A DNA stretch of 38,658 nt from a virus: UHGV virus genome UHGV-0206453. One strand, 5' to 3'. Under the pieces are notes generated by a model. That model was not told the DNA's origin and made no database searches. It saw nothing but the letters and a program-made list of their open reading frames with translations. Position 1 is the first letter of the stretch, and every line of letters starts with the position of its first letter. A program made the position numbers and the translations under genes. Shown piece by piece: positions 19,112-28,720 of the stretch.

Positions 19112-20005
19112 ATGGACCAGATGGCAGAAAACACACCAGAAGTTGAAATCGAAACCGACGCGTCAGAGCAGATTCCTGATGATGTCGAACTGGCTGAAGA
19201 AGTCGAAACAGAAGATGGCAGTGAGTCCTCCGGCAATGATGCAGAGGAAGCTACTGAAACTGATGACGACGAATCAGAACAGGAATTCTACTTTGGTGAC
19301 GAAAAGCTGGATTCGCCAACCAGCGAAGATAGCGCAGAGCATGGACTGGTAAAACACCTGCGCAAGACGATTAAAGAGAAAGATCGCGAGCTGAAAGAGC
19401 TGATGCGTCAGTTTCAGAAACCCGTCGAGCAGCAGCCGGTAATCACTCAACCACCGCGAATGCCAAAACTGGATGATGAGGACATCGGTTTCGATGAAGA
19501 AATCTATCAGCAACGCATGGCTAAGTGGGCAGAGGATAACGGAAAGTACCAGCAACAGGAGATGGCTCGCAAGCAGAAGGAGCAGGAGCTTCAGGCTGCT
19601 TATCAAGAGCGATTATCCAAATATCAGCAACGTGTTAAGGCTCTCAAGGTTCCTGGCTATCAGGAAGCAGAACAGGCCGTACTCGAGGAAATCCCCATCG
19701 AGACACAAAACGCGATCCTGTTTGAGTCAGAGAAGCCGGAAATCGTTGTTCTGGCGCTTGGTCGCAACGCTGAACTGCGCAAGCAACTGGCAGAAGCTAC
19801 CAACCCCGTAGCAATTGGTCGTCTGCTGGAACGTATCGAATCTAAGGCCAGAATCATGCCAAAAGCAAAAACCACGGCAGCCACAACCCCGACAGTTAAG
19901 GGGAGCAACGGCGCAGTAATCAATAACCTCGACAAACTGAAAGCCAAGGCGCTGGAAACTGGTGACTGGACGCCGTATTTCGCCGCTAAAAAGGCAAAAA
20001 AATAA
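19112..20005 (+). CDS. scaffolding protein (P22 gp8-like)
   Basis: 297 aa, acidic N-terminus, coiled-coil-rich, basic C-terminal helix-turn-helix; between portal and coat. Confidence 0.8.
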   Translation: MDQMAENTPEVEIETDASEQIPDDVELAEEVETEDGSESSGNDAEEATETDDDESEQEFYFGDEKLDSPTSEDSAEHGLVKHLRKTIKEKDRELKELMRQFQKPVEQQPVITQPPRMPKLDDEDIGFDEEIYQQRMAKWAEDNGKYQQQEMARKQKEQELQAAYQERLSKYQQRVKALKVPGYQEAEQAVLEEIPIETQNAILFESEKPEIVVLALGRNAELRKQLAEATNPVAIGRLLERIESKARIMPKAKTTAATTPTVKGSNGAVINNLDKLKAKALETGDWTPYFAAKKAKK

Positions 20006-20023
20006 CCTATCGGAGCATTAAGC

Positions 20024-21277
20024 ATGGCTAACCAATTAGCAAAAGACCTTGAAATCATGTTCGAAAACTACGTTGAAGGCTTTGAGGCCGCCTGCGTAGT
20101 TTCCCGTAACGCTAAAAAATTCCGTCCCGGTGATACAGCAATGCAGCGAGCAGGTGATGTTCTGTATCGTCCACAGCATTACCACATGAACATTGAGGAA
20201 GGCCTCGATCTCAGCAGCAAAACGCCAACAGCACTGGTTCAGCGCCTTGTTCCTTCTGTGTTCAAGGAGCCGAAAAACATTCTGTACACTCTGGATGCGC
20301 GTGAAATGCGTGACCCGGAACATAAAACTGAAGCTGGTCGCGCCGCAGGTATGCGCCTTGCTGCACAGATTGACTCTGACCTGATTTCCATGGTCACGCA
20401 GCGTGCTACTAACGTGATCACAATGGCTGACTCAACCACTGGTTCACAGGGCCGTGATTTGTGGAACTGTGCGGCAGGTATTGATGCCACCATGACGGCG
20501 ATTGGTGTACCTCAGGGTATCAACCGTCGCTCTTTCTGGAACCCCTTCAACTACAAAGATCTTGCTGGCGAGCTTGGTCACCGTGCCTATGCTCAGGGAG
20601 CAACCCTGACAGCATACGAAAAAGCGCAGATCCCTCCGGTTGCTTCCTTTGATAGCTACAAGACCGATATTTCTGGTCGATTACCGAAAGGAAGCGCTGA
20701 ATCCTTGACAGTATCAGGCCAACCTGAACACAAGGTTGAAGCGAAAGATTCAAATGGTATGCCAGTTGATAACCGACAGGGGACCATTACGGTATCTGCA
20801 TCTGGCTTGCAGGTTGGTGATGCGTTCACCATTGCCGGTGTGAATTCCGTACACCAGATCACAAAAGATACCACCGGGCAACCGCAGGTATTCCGTGTTC
20901 TGGCTGTTAGCGGAACTACCGTAACAATCTCTCCAAAGATTCTCCCTGTTGAAAATGCCGATGTTGCGAGTCGTCCATATGCAAACGTCGATGCCAAGCC
21001 GGCAGCATCAGCAGCAATCACCATTCTCAACAAGAACGCAGCACCTGCTAACCTGTTCTGGGCTGATGGTTCTGTTGAGCTGATGTACGGCAAACTGGCG
21101 TTCCCGACTGGTCAGGGTCCACAGGTAATGACAGCAACCACCGAGCAGGGCGCTACGCTGATCATGTCTTACGCCTTCGACCACATCAAAGGCGTAACCA
21201 CTGCTCGTTTCACCACTCTGTACGGTTGCTCTGTACTGGTTCCTGAATATACGGGCATCGTTATTGCCGGGCAGTAA
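20024..21277 (+). CDS. major capsid (coat) protein, P22 gp5 family
   Basis: 417 aa; gene order and conserved segments (FWADGS etc.). Confidence 0.85.
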   Translation: MANQLAKDLEIMFENYVEGFEAACVVSRNAKKFRPGDTAMQRAGDVLYRPQHYHMNIEEGLDLSSKTPTALVQRLVPSVFKEPKNILYTLDAREMRDPEHKTEAGRAAGMRLAAQIDSDLISMVTQRATNVITMADSTTGSQGRDLWNCAAGIDATMTAIGVPQGINRRSFWNPFNYKDLAGELGHRAYAQGATLTAYEKAQIPPVASFDSYKTDISGRLPKGSAESLTVSGQPEHKVEAKDSNGMPVDNRQGTITVSASGLQVGDAFTIAGVNSVHQITKDTTGQPQVFRVLAVSGTTVTISPKILPVENADVASRPYANVDAKPAASAAITILNKNAAPANLFWADGSVELMYGKLAFPTGQGPQVMTATTEQGATLIMSYAFDHIKGVTTARFTTLYGCSVLVPEYTGIVIAGQ

Positions 21278-21282
21278 TTTTG

Positions 21283-21307
21283 GTGGGGCTTCGGCCCCAT
21301 TTTTATT
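21283..21307 (+). terminator. rho-independent terminator after coat gene
   Basis: GGGGC-ttcg-GCCCC hairpin followed by ATTTTTATT. Confidence 0.6.
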
Positions 21308-21318
21308 GGGAGAAGACA

Positions 21319-21507
21319 ATGGCACGAACAATGCTCTATAAGCCGGGCAACATGATCACCTGTGGTCAGGTTGCTGTCGATTACATCATTGTTGATGACG
21401 AAGAAGTTAAATCTCACCTGAAAAAAGGCTGGGTAAAAACTCCTGAAGAAACCGCAACGAAGCAAAAAGTGGCTAAGGCGGAAGAAGATGGCGAAAACGA
21501 AGGGTGA
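21319..21507 (+). CDS. hypothetical small protein (62 aa)
   Basis: Internal ATG of ORF 21280..21507 with GGGAGAAG RBS. Confidence 0.45.
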   Translation: MARTMLYKPGNMITCGQVAVDYIIVDDEEVKSHLKKGWVKTPEETATKQKVAKAEEDGENEG

Positions 21508-21949
21508 TCTCGTTCTAAAGGCTTTACGAAAAGCCGGACTGTATTCCAATGCCACGTTGACAGATGCTGACCCTCAGGCAATTGAAGATGCCATTAATGA
21601 CCTCGAAGACATGATGGCAGCATGGCAGGCTAAAGGTATCGAGCTTGGGTATCAGTTTGCTGATACAGAAAACGGCATCATGCCGTTACCTGACGATGAT
21701 TCAGGTATCCCTGCATGGGCAAATGATGGCGTCGCTTTGAAACTCGCTGTGCAAGTGTGCATGGATAACGTCATTCAGCCGTCAGATGCTCTCCTTACCG
21801 CTGCTGACAGTGCATATCAGACAATCTGTATCGCTTTAACCAAAATACCACCACTTGAGCGGCGAAATGACATGCCTCGCGGTAGTGGTAACAAAAGCGC
21901 GTTTACGTGGAATCGGTTTTACATCGAGAAAGATGATCCGAGTACGTGA
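21488..21949 (+). CDS. head-to-tail adaptor (P22 gp4-like)
   Basis: 153 aa; KTKGDLVLKALRKAG...ATLTD...EDMMA resembles P22 gp4. Confidence 0.8.
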   Translation: MAKTKGDLVLKALRKAGLYSNATLTDADPQAIEDAINDLEDMMAAWQAKGIELGYQFADTENGIMPLPDDDSGIPAWANDGVALKLAVQVCMDNVIQPSDALLTAADSAYQTICIALTKIPPLERRNDMPRGSGNKSAFTWNRFYIEKDDPST

Positions 21950-21958
21950 GGTGAATAA

Positions 21959-23377
21959 ATGCCGATTCAGCAACTTCCGCTTATGAAAGGTGTCGGCAAA
22001 GACTTTCGAAACGCCGACTATATCGACTATCTGCCAGTGAATATGTTGGCTACACCCAAAGAAATCCTTAACAGCAGCGGATATCTTCGCTCATTCCCGG
22101 GCATTGCCAAACGTTCTGATGTGAACGGTGCATCTCGCGGCGTCGAGTACAACATGGCGCAGAATGCTGTTTATCGCGTATGTGGTGGCAAGCTGTACAA
22201 AGGAGAAAGCGAGGTCGGTGATGTTGCCGGAAGTGGTCGCGTATCAATGGCGCATGGTCGAACATCTCAGGCGGTAGGCGTTAATGGTCAACTGGTCGAG
22301 TATCGCTATGATGGTACGGTTAAAACAGTCTCAAACTGGCCTACAGACAGCGGATTCACTCAGTATGAGTTAGGTTCAGTCCGCGACATTACACGCTTAC
22401 GTGGGCGTTATGCGTGGTCAAAAGACGGCACGGATTCATGGTTTATCACTGACCTTGAAGACGAATCGCATCCTGACCGTTACAGCGCACAATATCGCGC
22501 AGAATCGCAGCCGGACGGTATCATCGGCATCGGAACATGGCGAGACTTCATCGTCTGCTTTGGTTCATCGACGATTGAATATTTTTCCCTGACTGGGGCA
22601 ACCACCGTTGGTGCCGCTTTGTATGTCGCACAGCCATCACTGATGGTGCAGAAAGGCATTGCCGGGACTTACTGCAAAACGCCATTCGCTGATTCGTATG
22701 CGTTCATCAGCAATCCGGCAACAGGTGCGCCGTCTGTGTATATCATCGGCTCCGGTCAGGTATCACCAATCGCCAGCGCGAGCATTGAGAAAATCCTCCG
22801 CTCCTACACTGCTGATGAACTGGCTGATGGCGTGATGGAGTCTCTGCGATTTGATGCGCATGAGCTGCTGATTATCCACCTTCCGCGCCATGTTCTTGTT
22901 TACGACGCATCTTCAAGTGCCAATGGTCCGCAATGGTGTGTGCTGAAAACAGGCCTGTATGACGATGTGTACCGCGCTATCGACTTCATTTACGAAGGCA
23001 ATCAGATAACGTGCGGCGATAAGCTTGAATCGATGACAGGAAAATTGCAGTTCGATATCAGCAGCCAGTACGACAAGCAACAGGAACACCTGCTGTTTAC
23101 TCCGTTGTTCAAAGCGGATAACGCCAGAGTTTTCGACCTTGAAGTTGAATCGTCAACTGGAGTTGCGCAGTACGCTGACCGCCTGTTCCTCTCTGCAACC
23201 ACTGACGGCATAAATTACGGACGTGAGCAGATGATTGAGCAGAATGAACCGTTCGTTTACGACAAACGCGTTTTGTGGAAGCGTGTCGGGCGAATCAGGA
23301 AAAATGTCGGCTTCAAACTTCGCGTTATCACGAAGTCACCTGTAACTCTGTCTGGCGCTCAGATAAGGATTGAGTAA
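21959..23377 (+). CDS. tail hub protein (P22 gp10-like)
   Basis: 472 aa, same length and position as P22 gp10. Confidence 0.8.
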   Translation: MPIQQLPLMKGVGKDFRNADYIDYLPVNMLATPKEILNSSGYLRSFPGIAKRSDVNGASRGVEYNMAQNAVYRVCGGKLYKGESEVGDVAGSGRVSMAHGRTSQAVGVNGQLVEYRYDGTVKTVSNWPTDSGFTQYELGSVRDITRLRGRYAWSKDGTDSWFITDLEDESHPDRYSAQYRAESQPDGIIGIGTWRDFIVCFGSSTIEYFSLTGATTVGAALYVAQPSLMVQKGIAGTYCKTPFADSYAFISNPATGAPSVYIIGSGQVSPIASASIEKILRSYTADELADGVMESLRFDAHELLIIHLPRHVLVYDASSSANGPQWCVLKTGLYDDVYRAIDFIYEGNQITCGDKLESMTGKLQFDISSQYDKQQEHLLFTPLFKADNARVFDLEVESSTGVAQYADRLFLSATTDGINYGREQMIEQNEPFVYDKRVLWKRVGRIRKNVGFKLRVITKSPVTLSGAQIRIE

Positions 23378-24078
23378 TGGCGGATTCATCACTGAATAAT
23401 CCTGTCGCGGTTCAGGCTACGCGCCTTGATGCTTCAATTTTGCCACGCAATATATTCAGCCAGTCTTATCTGCTGTATGTCATAAATCAGGGAGCTGATG
23501 TCGGTGCAATTGCTGGGAAGGCAAATCAGGCTGGCCAGGGCGCTTACGATGCCCAGGTAAAAAACGATGAACAGGACGTAGAACTGGCTGATCACGACGC
23601 AAGAATCACCGCAAACACAAAAGCGATAAATCTCCTTGAGGTCAGGTTAACAACCGCCGAAGGGAAGATAGTCGTACTGCGTAGCGATGTTGATTACTTG
23701 CTGGATGAGGTTATCGATATTCAGGCGCATCTGGTCACTGTTGACCAAAGACTGGATGGCGTAGAAAGCGATGTATCTGACATTAAGAGTGATTACGTAT
23801 CGAAAACCGTAACAGAATCGCAGTCTCTTGCGTCACCGCTGGATGTAAAAACATCATATTCAGTTGATGGAATTCAGGTAGTTGGAGAAAGGCAGACTGG
23901 ATGGACTGCAGCCACAGGTACGCCATTTCTTGGCTCATTCAACGCAAACCAGTCATACACTGTCGGCACTACGTACACGCAATCCGAAGTCGCAGCTCTC
24001 GCAACAGGTTTGCAGCAGGCGCGGCAGCGTATTCTGGCGCTTGAAACAGCACTTAGATTACATGGGCTGATTGACTGA
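23377..24078 (+). CDS. tail needle (P22 gp26-like)
   Basis: 233 aa; [36 protein letters not shown]... closely matches P22 gp26 N-terminus. Confidence 0.9.
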   Translation: MADSSLNNPVAVQATRLDASILPRNIFSQSYLLYVINQGADVGAIAGKANQAGQGAYDAQVKNDEQDVELADHDARITANTKAINLLEVRLTTAEGKIVVLRSDVDYLLDEVIDIQAHLVTVDQRLDGVESDVSDIKSDYVSKTVTESQSLASPLDVKTSYSVDGIQVVGERQTGWTAATGTPFLGSFNANQSYTVGTTYTQSEVAALATGLQQARQRILALETALRLHGLID

Positions 24079-24533
24079 TGATTACATTCAAACCAACGCG
24101 AAACATCGACCTGATCGAAGCAGTCGGAAATCACCCTGACATTATTGCCGGGAGCAACAACGGTGATGGATACGACTACAAACCTGATTGCCGTTACTTT
24201 GAGGTGAACGTGCACGGGCAGTTCGGCGGCATTGTTTACTATCAGGAGATTCAGCCGCTGACATTCGATTGCCACGCCATGTACCTGTCAGAGATTCGAG
24301 GCTTCAGCAAGGAAATCGGGCTGGCGTTCTGGCGATACATTCTGACTAACACCACCGTTCAGTGCGTCACATCGTTCGCCGCACGCAAATTCCGCCACGG
24401 TCAGATGTACTGCGCAATGGTTGGCCTTAAGCGTGTAGGAACCATCAAGAAATACTTCAAAGGCGTGGATGACGTGACGTTTTACAGCGCCACACGCGAA
24501 GAACTAATCGACTTCCTGAATCACGGGAGATAG
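24078..24533 (+). CDS. P22 gp14-like assembly/ejection-associated protein
   Basis: 151 aa; position between needle and gp7 homologue as in P22. Confidence 0.55.
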   Translation: MITFKPTRNIDLIEAVGNHPDIIAGSNNGDGYDYKPDCRYFEVNVHGQFGGIVYYQEIQPLTFDCHAMYLSEIRGFSKEIGLAFWRYILTNTTVQCVTSFAARKFRHGQMYCAMVGLKRVGTIKKYFKGVDDVTFYSATREELIDFLNHGR

Positions 24534-24535
24534 CC

Positions 24536-25228
24536 ATGTTATATGCATTTAAACTGGGCAGAAAACTGCGCGGCGAGGAACCTTATTGCCCTGAAAAGGG
24601 TGGGAAAGGTGGCAGTTCTGATAAAAGCGCAAAGTATGCCGCAGAAGCTCAGAAGTATGCAGCAGACCTGCAAAATCAGCAGTGGCAGACGATCATGAAA
24701 AACCTTGCTCCGTTCACGCCTCTTGCGGAGCAGTATGTTAACCAGTTGCAGAATCTTTCCAGTTTAGAAGGTCAGGGGCAGGCACTTAATCAGTATTACA
24801 ACTCTCAGCAGTATAAAGACCTTGCAGGTCAGGCGCGTTACCAGAGTCTTGCTGCTGCGGAGGCGACGGGTGGACTTGGTTCGACAGCCACAAGTAATCA
24901 ACTGGCTACGATCGCGCCGACACTCGGTCAGTCTTGGTTATCAAACCAGATGAGCAATTACAACAATCTGGCAAACGTTGGGCTTGGTGCGCTGCAAGGT
25001 CAGGCAAACGCCGGGCAGACGTACGCCAACAACATGAGCAGCATTGCACAGCAAAGCGCAGCACTTGCCGCTGCTAATGCCAATAAACCATCAAGTCTTC
25101 AGACTGCAATTAGCGGTGGCACGTCTGGTGCGATTGCCGGTGCAGGTCTTGCCAGCCTTTTGGGAACATCAACGCCTTGGGGCGCTGGCATTGGTGCTGG
25201 TATCGGATTGCTTGACTCGTTGTTTTAA
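24536..25228 (+). CDS. ejection protein (P22 gp7-like)
   Basis: 230 aa, Q/N/A-rich low-complexity protein in gp7 position. Confidence 0.7.
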   Translation: MLYAFKLGRKLRGEEPYCPEKGGKGGSSDKSAKYAAEAQKYAADLQNQQWQTIMKNLAPFTPLAEQYVNQLQNLSSLEGQGQALNQYYNSQQYKDLAGQARYQSLAAAEATGGLGSTATSNQLATIAPTLGQSWLSNQMSNYNNLANVGLGALQGQANAGQTYANNMSSIAQQSAALAAANANKPSSLQTAISGGTSGAIAGAGLASLLGTSTPWGAGIGAGIGLLDSLF

Positions 25229-25237
25229 GGGGTAATC

Positions 25238-26533
25238 ATGGCTACTTGGCAAAGAACAAACGGCGGATTGTTGGCTGGTATCGGCGGCGTCAACTCAAAC
25301 GCTCCGAGCGTAAATGACATCGGCAATACGCTTCAGCTTATCAGGCAGAACAATGATATTGAGCGTTCAGGCGCTAACAATGTTGGGCTGACTGCTTTGC
25401 AAGGCCTTTCAGGTATTGCGGTGGTGTTTCAGCAGGAAAAGCAGGCTCAGCGGCAGAAAGAATTTCAGCAGGCATACGCTAATGCTTATGCGTCTGGTGA
25501 TCGCGGTGCTTTGCGTCAGTTGGCTACTCAATATCCAGAACAGATTGAATCCGTTCGTAAAGGCATGGGATTCATTGATGAAGATCAGCGTAATTCTATC
25601 GGCACCTTAGCGGCTGGCGCACGCCTTGCGTCATCGTCTCCAGAAGCAATGCAATCATGGCTGCAAAACAACGCCAAGGAACTGGCGCGCGTCGGTGTTG
25701 ACCCTAACAACGTTGCTCAGATGTATCAGCAGAATCCTTCAGGATTTGGTGAGTTTGTTGATCACCTTGGAATGGCTGCTCTTGGCCCGATTGACTACTT
25801 CAATGTTCAGGACAAGATGGCTGGTCGTGAAATTGACCGAGGCAGGCTGGCAGAGACAATCCGCAGCAATCAGGCTGGAGAAGCACTAACAGCTCGTGGT
25901 CAGGACATCCAGATACGTGGACAGAACATCAGCGCACAGAATGCTGCTCTTTCCCGCGAAATACAAAGAGCAGAATTACAAGAAAAGGCTCTGGACAGAC
26001 AGATAGCCAGAGAAAGCAATCAGTTAAAGCTTGAAGAGCTAAAACAGAAACAGGCAGATGTTCGGCAAAAGGCTGACATAGCCCGCGCTGACAGGCAGGC
26101 CGCCGCTCAGGGTGCAGTTGATACGTTCAGCACCGCGCTTGATTCTCTCAACGAGATAGAGCAAAGCCCCGGCCTTTCAAAAGCAGTAGGAATTCGCTCA
26201 GCGTTTCCGACAGTTCCTGGCTCTGATGCGGCTAACTTTGAAGCAAGGCTCGACACCTTTAAAGCTCAAACATTCCTTCCTATGGTGCAGTCTCTGAAGG
26301 GTATGGGCGCTCTTTCAGATGCTGAGGGTAAAAAATTATCCGATGCGGTTGGTGCCCTAAGCCCCAAAATGAGTGAAAAGGCTTTTCGTGACTCTATCGG
26401 AAAGATTAGAAATCAGCTTGAAAGCAAGTTGAGCACTGTTAAAAAACAGTTTGATTATCAGGAGCCGGTGCAGAATATGCCAGGGCAACAATCTACTACT
26501 GGCAGTAACTTTTCTTCACTATGGGGTGATTAA
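25238..26533 (+). CDS. ejection protein (P22 gp20-like)
   Basis: 431 aa, position and composition. Confidence 0.7.
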   Translation: MATWQRTNGGLLAGIGGVNSNAPSVNDIGNTLQLIRQNNDIERSGANNVGLTALQGLSGIAVVFQQEKQAQRQKEFQQAYANAYASGDRGALRQLATQYPEQIESVRKGMGFIDEDQRNSIGTLAAGARLASSSPEAMQSWLQNNAKELARVGVDPNNVAQMYQQNPSGFGEFVDHLGMAALGPIDYFNVQDKMAGREIDRGRLAETIRSNQAGEALTARGQDIQIRGQNISAQNAALSREIQRAELQEKALDRQIARESNQLKLEELKQKQADVRQKADIARADRQAAAQGAVDTFSTALDSLNEIEQSPGLSKAVGIRSAFPTVPGSDAANFEARLDTFKAQTFLPMVQSLKGMGALSDAEGKKLSDAVGALSPKMSEKAFRDSIGKIRNQLESKLSTVKKQFDYQEPVQNMPGQQSTTGSNFSSLWGD

Positions 26534-28530
26534 TGGCTAAAGCATGGAAAGATGTTATCGCCTCTCCACAGTATCAGGCGTTAGCACCAGAACAAAAAGC
26601 GCAGGCTCAGGAGCAATACTTCAATGAAGTCGTGGCCCCGCAAGCCGGAGAAAATGCAGAGCAGGCTAAGCAAGCTTTCTATGCTGCCTATCCATTGCCA
26701 TCTGTGCAGCCAGTGGAGACACAACAACCAGAAGCACAGCAACAACCACAGCAAAGTGGATTTATGTCTGATCTTGGTGAAGCCGTGAAAGAAACTGGTC
26801 GCGGACTGGTGCAGGCTGGCGTGAACGTGGCAAACATACCTGCATCAGTTGCCGATGCTGTAACAAGCGCGGCGGCATGGGCTGGCGGTAAACTCGGTAT
26901 TGGCGATGGTACATATCAACCAGCGCCACGAGTAACAACGCAGGGATTAGAGCAGGACTTTGGCCTTCAGCAAGGTGCGCTGACTCCACAAACGACAGAG
27001 GGAAGGGTATTTGCTGAAGCATTGCCTTACCTCACTCCTGCTGGCGTTGAGAGAGCGGCGGTACAGGCACCAACACTTGCTGGTCGAATTACTCAGGGGG
27101 CAACTCGCCTTCTAGCAGAAAACGCAGTTGGATCACTTGCTGCAAATAGTGCGAAAGATGATGCGGAAGCACTCGCCACCGATTTAGGCGTTGGTGTACT
27201 TGCTGGCGGTGCTATTAACGCTGCCGGACGTGGATTAGGTGCAGCTTATCGTGGCGTTCGTGGTGCTATCGCGCCAGAAGCGCAGCAGGCTATCAGATTT
27301 GCAGAGCGTGAAGGAGTTCCTCTGCACACCACAGACCTGTTACAACCGACTTCCCGCATCGGGAAAATGGCGCAAACGACAGCAGAAAATATCCCTCTGG
27401 CTGGAACAAGCGGAATGAGAGCAACGCAACAGGAAGCGAGAAGCCAGTTGGTTCAGAGATTTGCTGATAAATTCGGTGAGTATGATCCAGCGGTTGTTAT
27501 TGACAGCCTTAAAGCGAAAACATCAGGAATTCGTCGCGCCGCCGGCAATCGACTGGAGCAGGTTCAGAATGCTATGGCTGGAGTAAACATTCAGCCTGCG
27601 CGAGCAATTCAGCAGATTGATACAGAAATATCTAACCTGCAGAAGCTTGGTAAGGTTGCTGATAACGAGACTATTTCAAAACTTCAGTCATATCGTGATG
27701 AGCTTGTTCGCAATGCTGGCCCTGATGGTCCGGTAAATCTGGATTTGAAGCAATTAAGCGACCTGCGCAGCCAGTTCAGAATGGACGTGAAGGGTGAGCG
27801 ACCAGTGTTACCAAACCGTTCCGATGCCGCCATTCAGCGCGTTTACAAGGCAATGACTGACGATATCAATGGTGCCATTGGTCAGAATCTTGGCAACGAT
27901 ACTCTCCGTAAATATCAGCAGGCCAATGCCGTCTACGCTGACGAAGCGGCGAAACTAAAGAATACCAGGCTGAAGAATGTTCTCATGAAAGGCGACCTGA
28001 CGCCGGAAGTTGTCAACAACATGCTATTCAGCAAGAACAAATCGGAAATTAAGACGCTGTATAACTCAGTTGGTCGTGTTGGCAGGGCGCAAATGCGCAA
28101 TGGCATCATTGGAAAGGCGATGGAGAAATCAGGTGGTTCCCCTGACCAGTTCCTTCGACAGCTTAACATCCTGCAAGACCAGACTGGCATCACATTTAAA
28201 GGTCAGGATGCTGCTTATCTGAAAGGATTGAAAAACTACCTGCAATCCACGCAGCAGGCTGCAAAAGCGGCAGTAACAACACCAACAGGGCAGCAAACCA
28301 TCCCGTTCATTATCGGATATGGGACGGCAATGAACCCGGCGACAACTGGTGCAGCAGTAAGCTACGGACTTCTTACTCGCGCCTATGAGAGCGAACCATT
28401 CAGAAATGCAATGCTCCGAATGGCAAATACCCCACGCGGATCAACATCGTTTGAGAAAGCCATGCAGCAGGCGCAAAAGGCCATTAACGCCCTGACTCAG
28501 GGTGCCAAGTCTGATGCGTTGTCATGGTAA
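26533..28530 (+). CDS. ejection protein (P22 gp16-like)
   Basis: 665 aa, last gene before tailspike as in P22. Confidence 0.7.
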   Translation: MAKAWKDVIASPQYQALAPEQKAQAQEQYFNEVVAPQAGENAEQAKQAFYAAYPLPSVQPVETQQPEAQQQPQQSGFMSDLGEAVKETGRGLVQAGVNVANIPASVADAVTSAAAWAGGKLGIGDGTYQPAPRVTTQGLEQDFGLQQGALTPQTTEGRVFAEALPYLTPAGVERAAVQAPTLAGRITQGATRLLAENAVGSLAANSAKDDAEALATDLGVGVLAGGAINAAGRGLGAAYRGVRGAIAPEAQQAIRFAEREGVPLHTTDLLQPTSRIGKMAQTTAENIPLAGTSGMRATQQEARSQLVQRFADKFGEYDPAVVIDSLKAKTSGIRRAAGNRLEQVQNAMAGVNIQPARAIQQIDTEISNLQKLGKVADNETISKLQSYRDELVRNAGPDGPVNLDLKQLSDLRSQFRMDVKGERPVLPNRSDAAIQRVYKAMTDDINGAIGQNLGNDTLRKYQQANAVYADEAAKLKNTRLKNVLMKGDLTPEVVNNMLFSKNKSEIKTLYNSVGRVGRAQMRNGIIGKAMEKSGGSPDQFLRQLNILQDQTGITFKGQDAAYLKGLKNYLQSTQQAAKAAVTTPTGQQTIPFIIGYGTAMNPATTGAAVSYGLLTRAYESEPFRNAMLRMANTPRGSTSFEKAMQQAQKAINALTQGAKSDALSW

Positions 28531-28590
28531 TGTAGATGTAAATTACAGTTAAAAATTAAATTGCTATGGAGTTGATTGAGCTTTTTGCTT

Positions 28591-28618
28591 ACATTAATGC
28601 AAATTTCTGCATTAATGT
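28591..28618. promoter_or_regulatory. perfect palindrome ACATTAATGCA-N6-TGCATTAATGT upstream of tailspike
   Basis: 11-bp perfect inverted arms in the AT-rich gp16-tailspike intergenic region; operator-like. Confidence 0.35.
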
Positions 28619-28720
28619 GTGTTTAATATGAATAGAAGATCATTTTTCAAATCAATAGCGTCATTTGTAGCATTAACTCCATTATCTTCTTTATCAAACA
28701 TGTCTAATAGGATTGCACAC

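Noticed and set aside
28619-28720. Upstream extension of the tailspike ORF ([12 protein letters not shown]...)
   Set aside because: The P22-type head-binding domain begins at the internal Met (MTNITPNVV...), matching P22 gp9 start MTDITANVV; the extension is AT-rich intergenic sequence.
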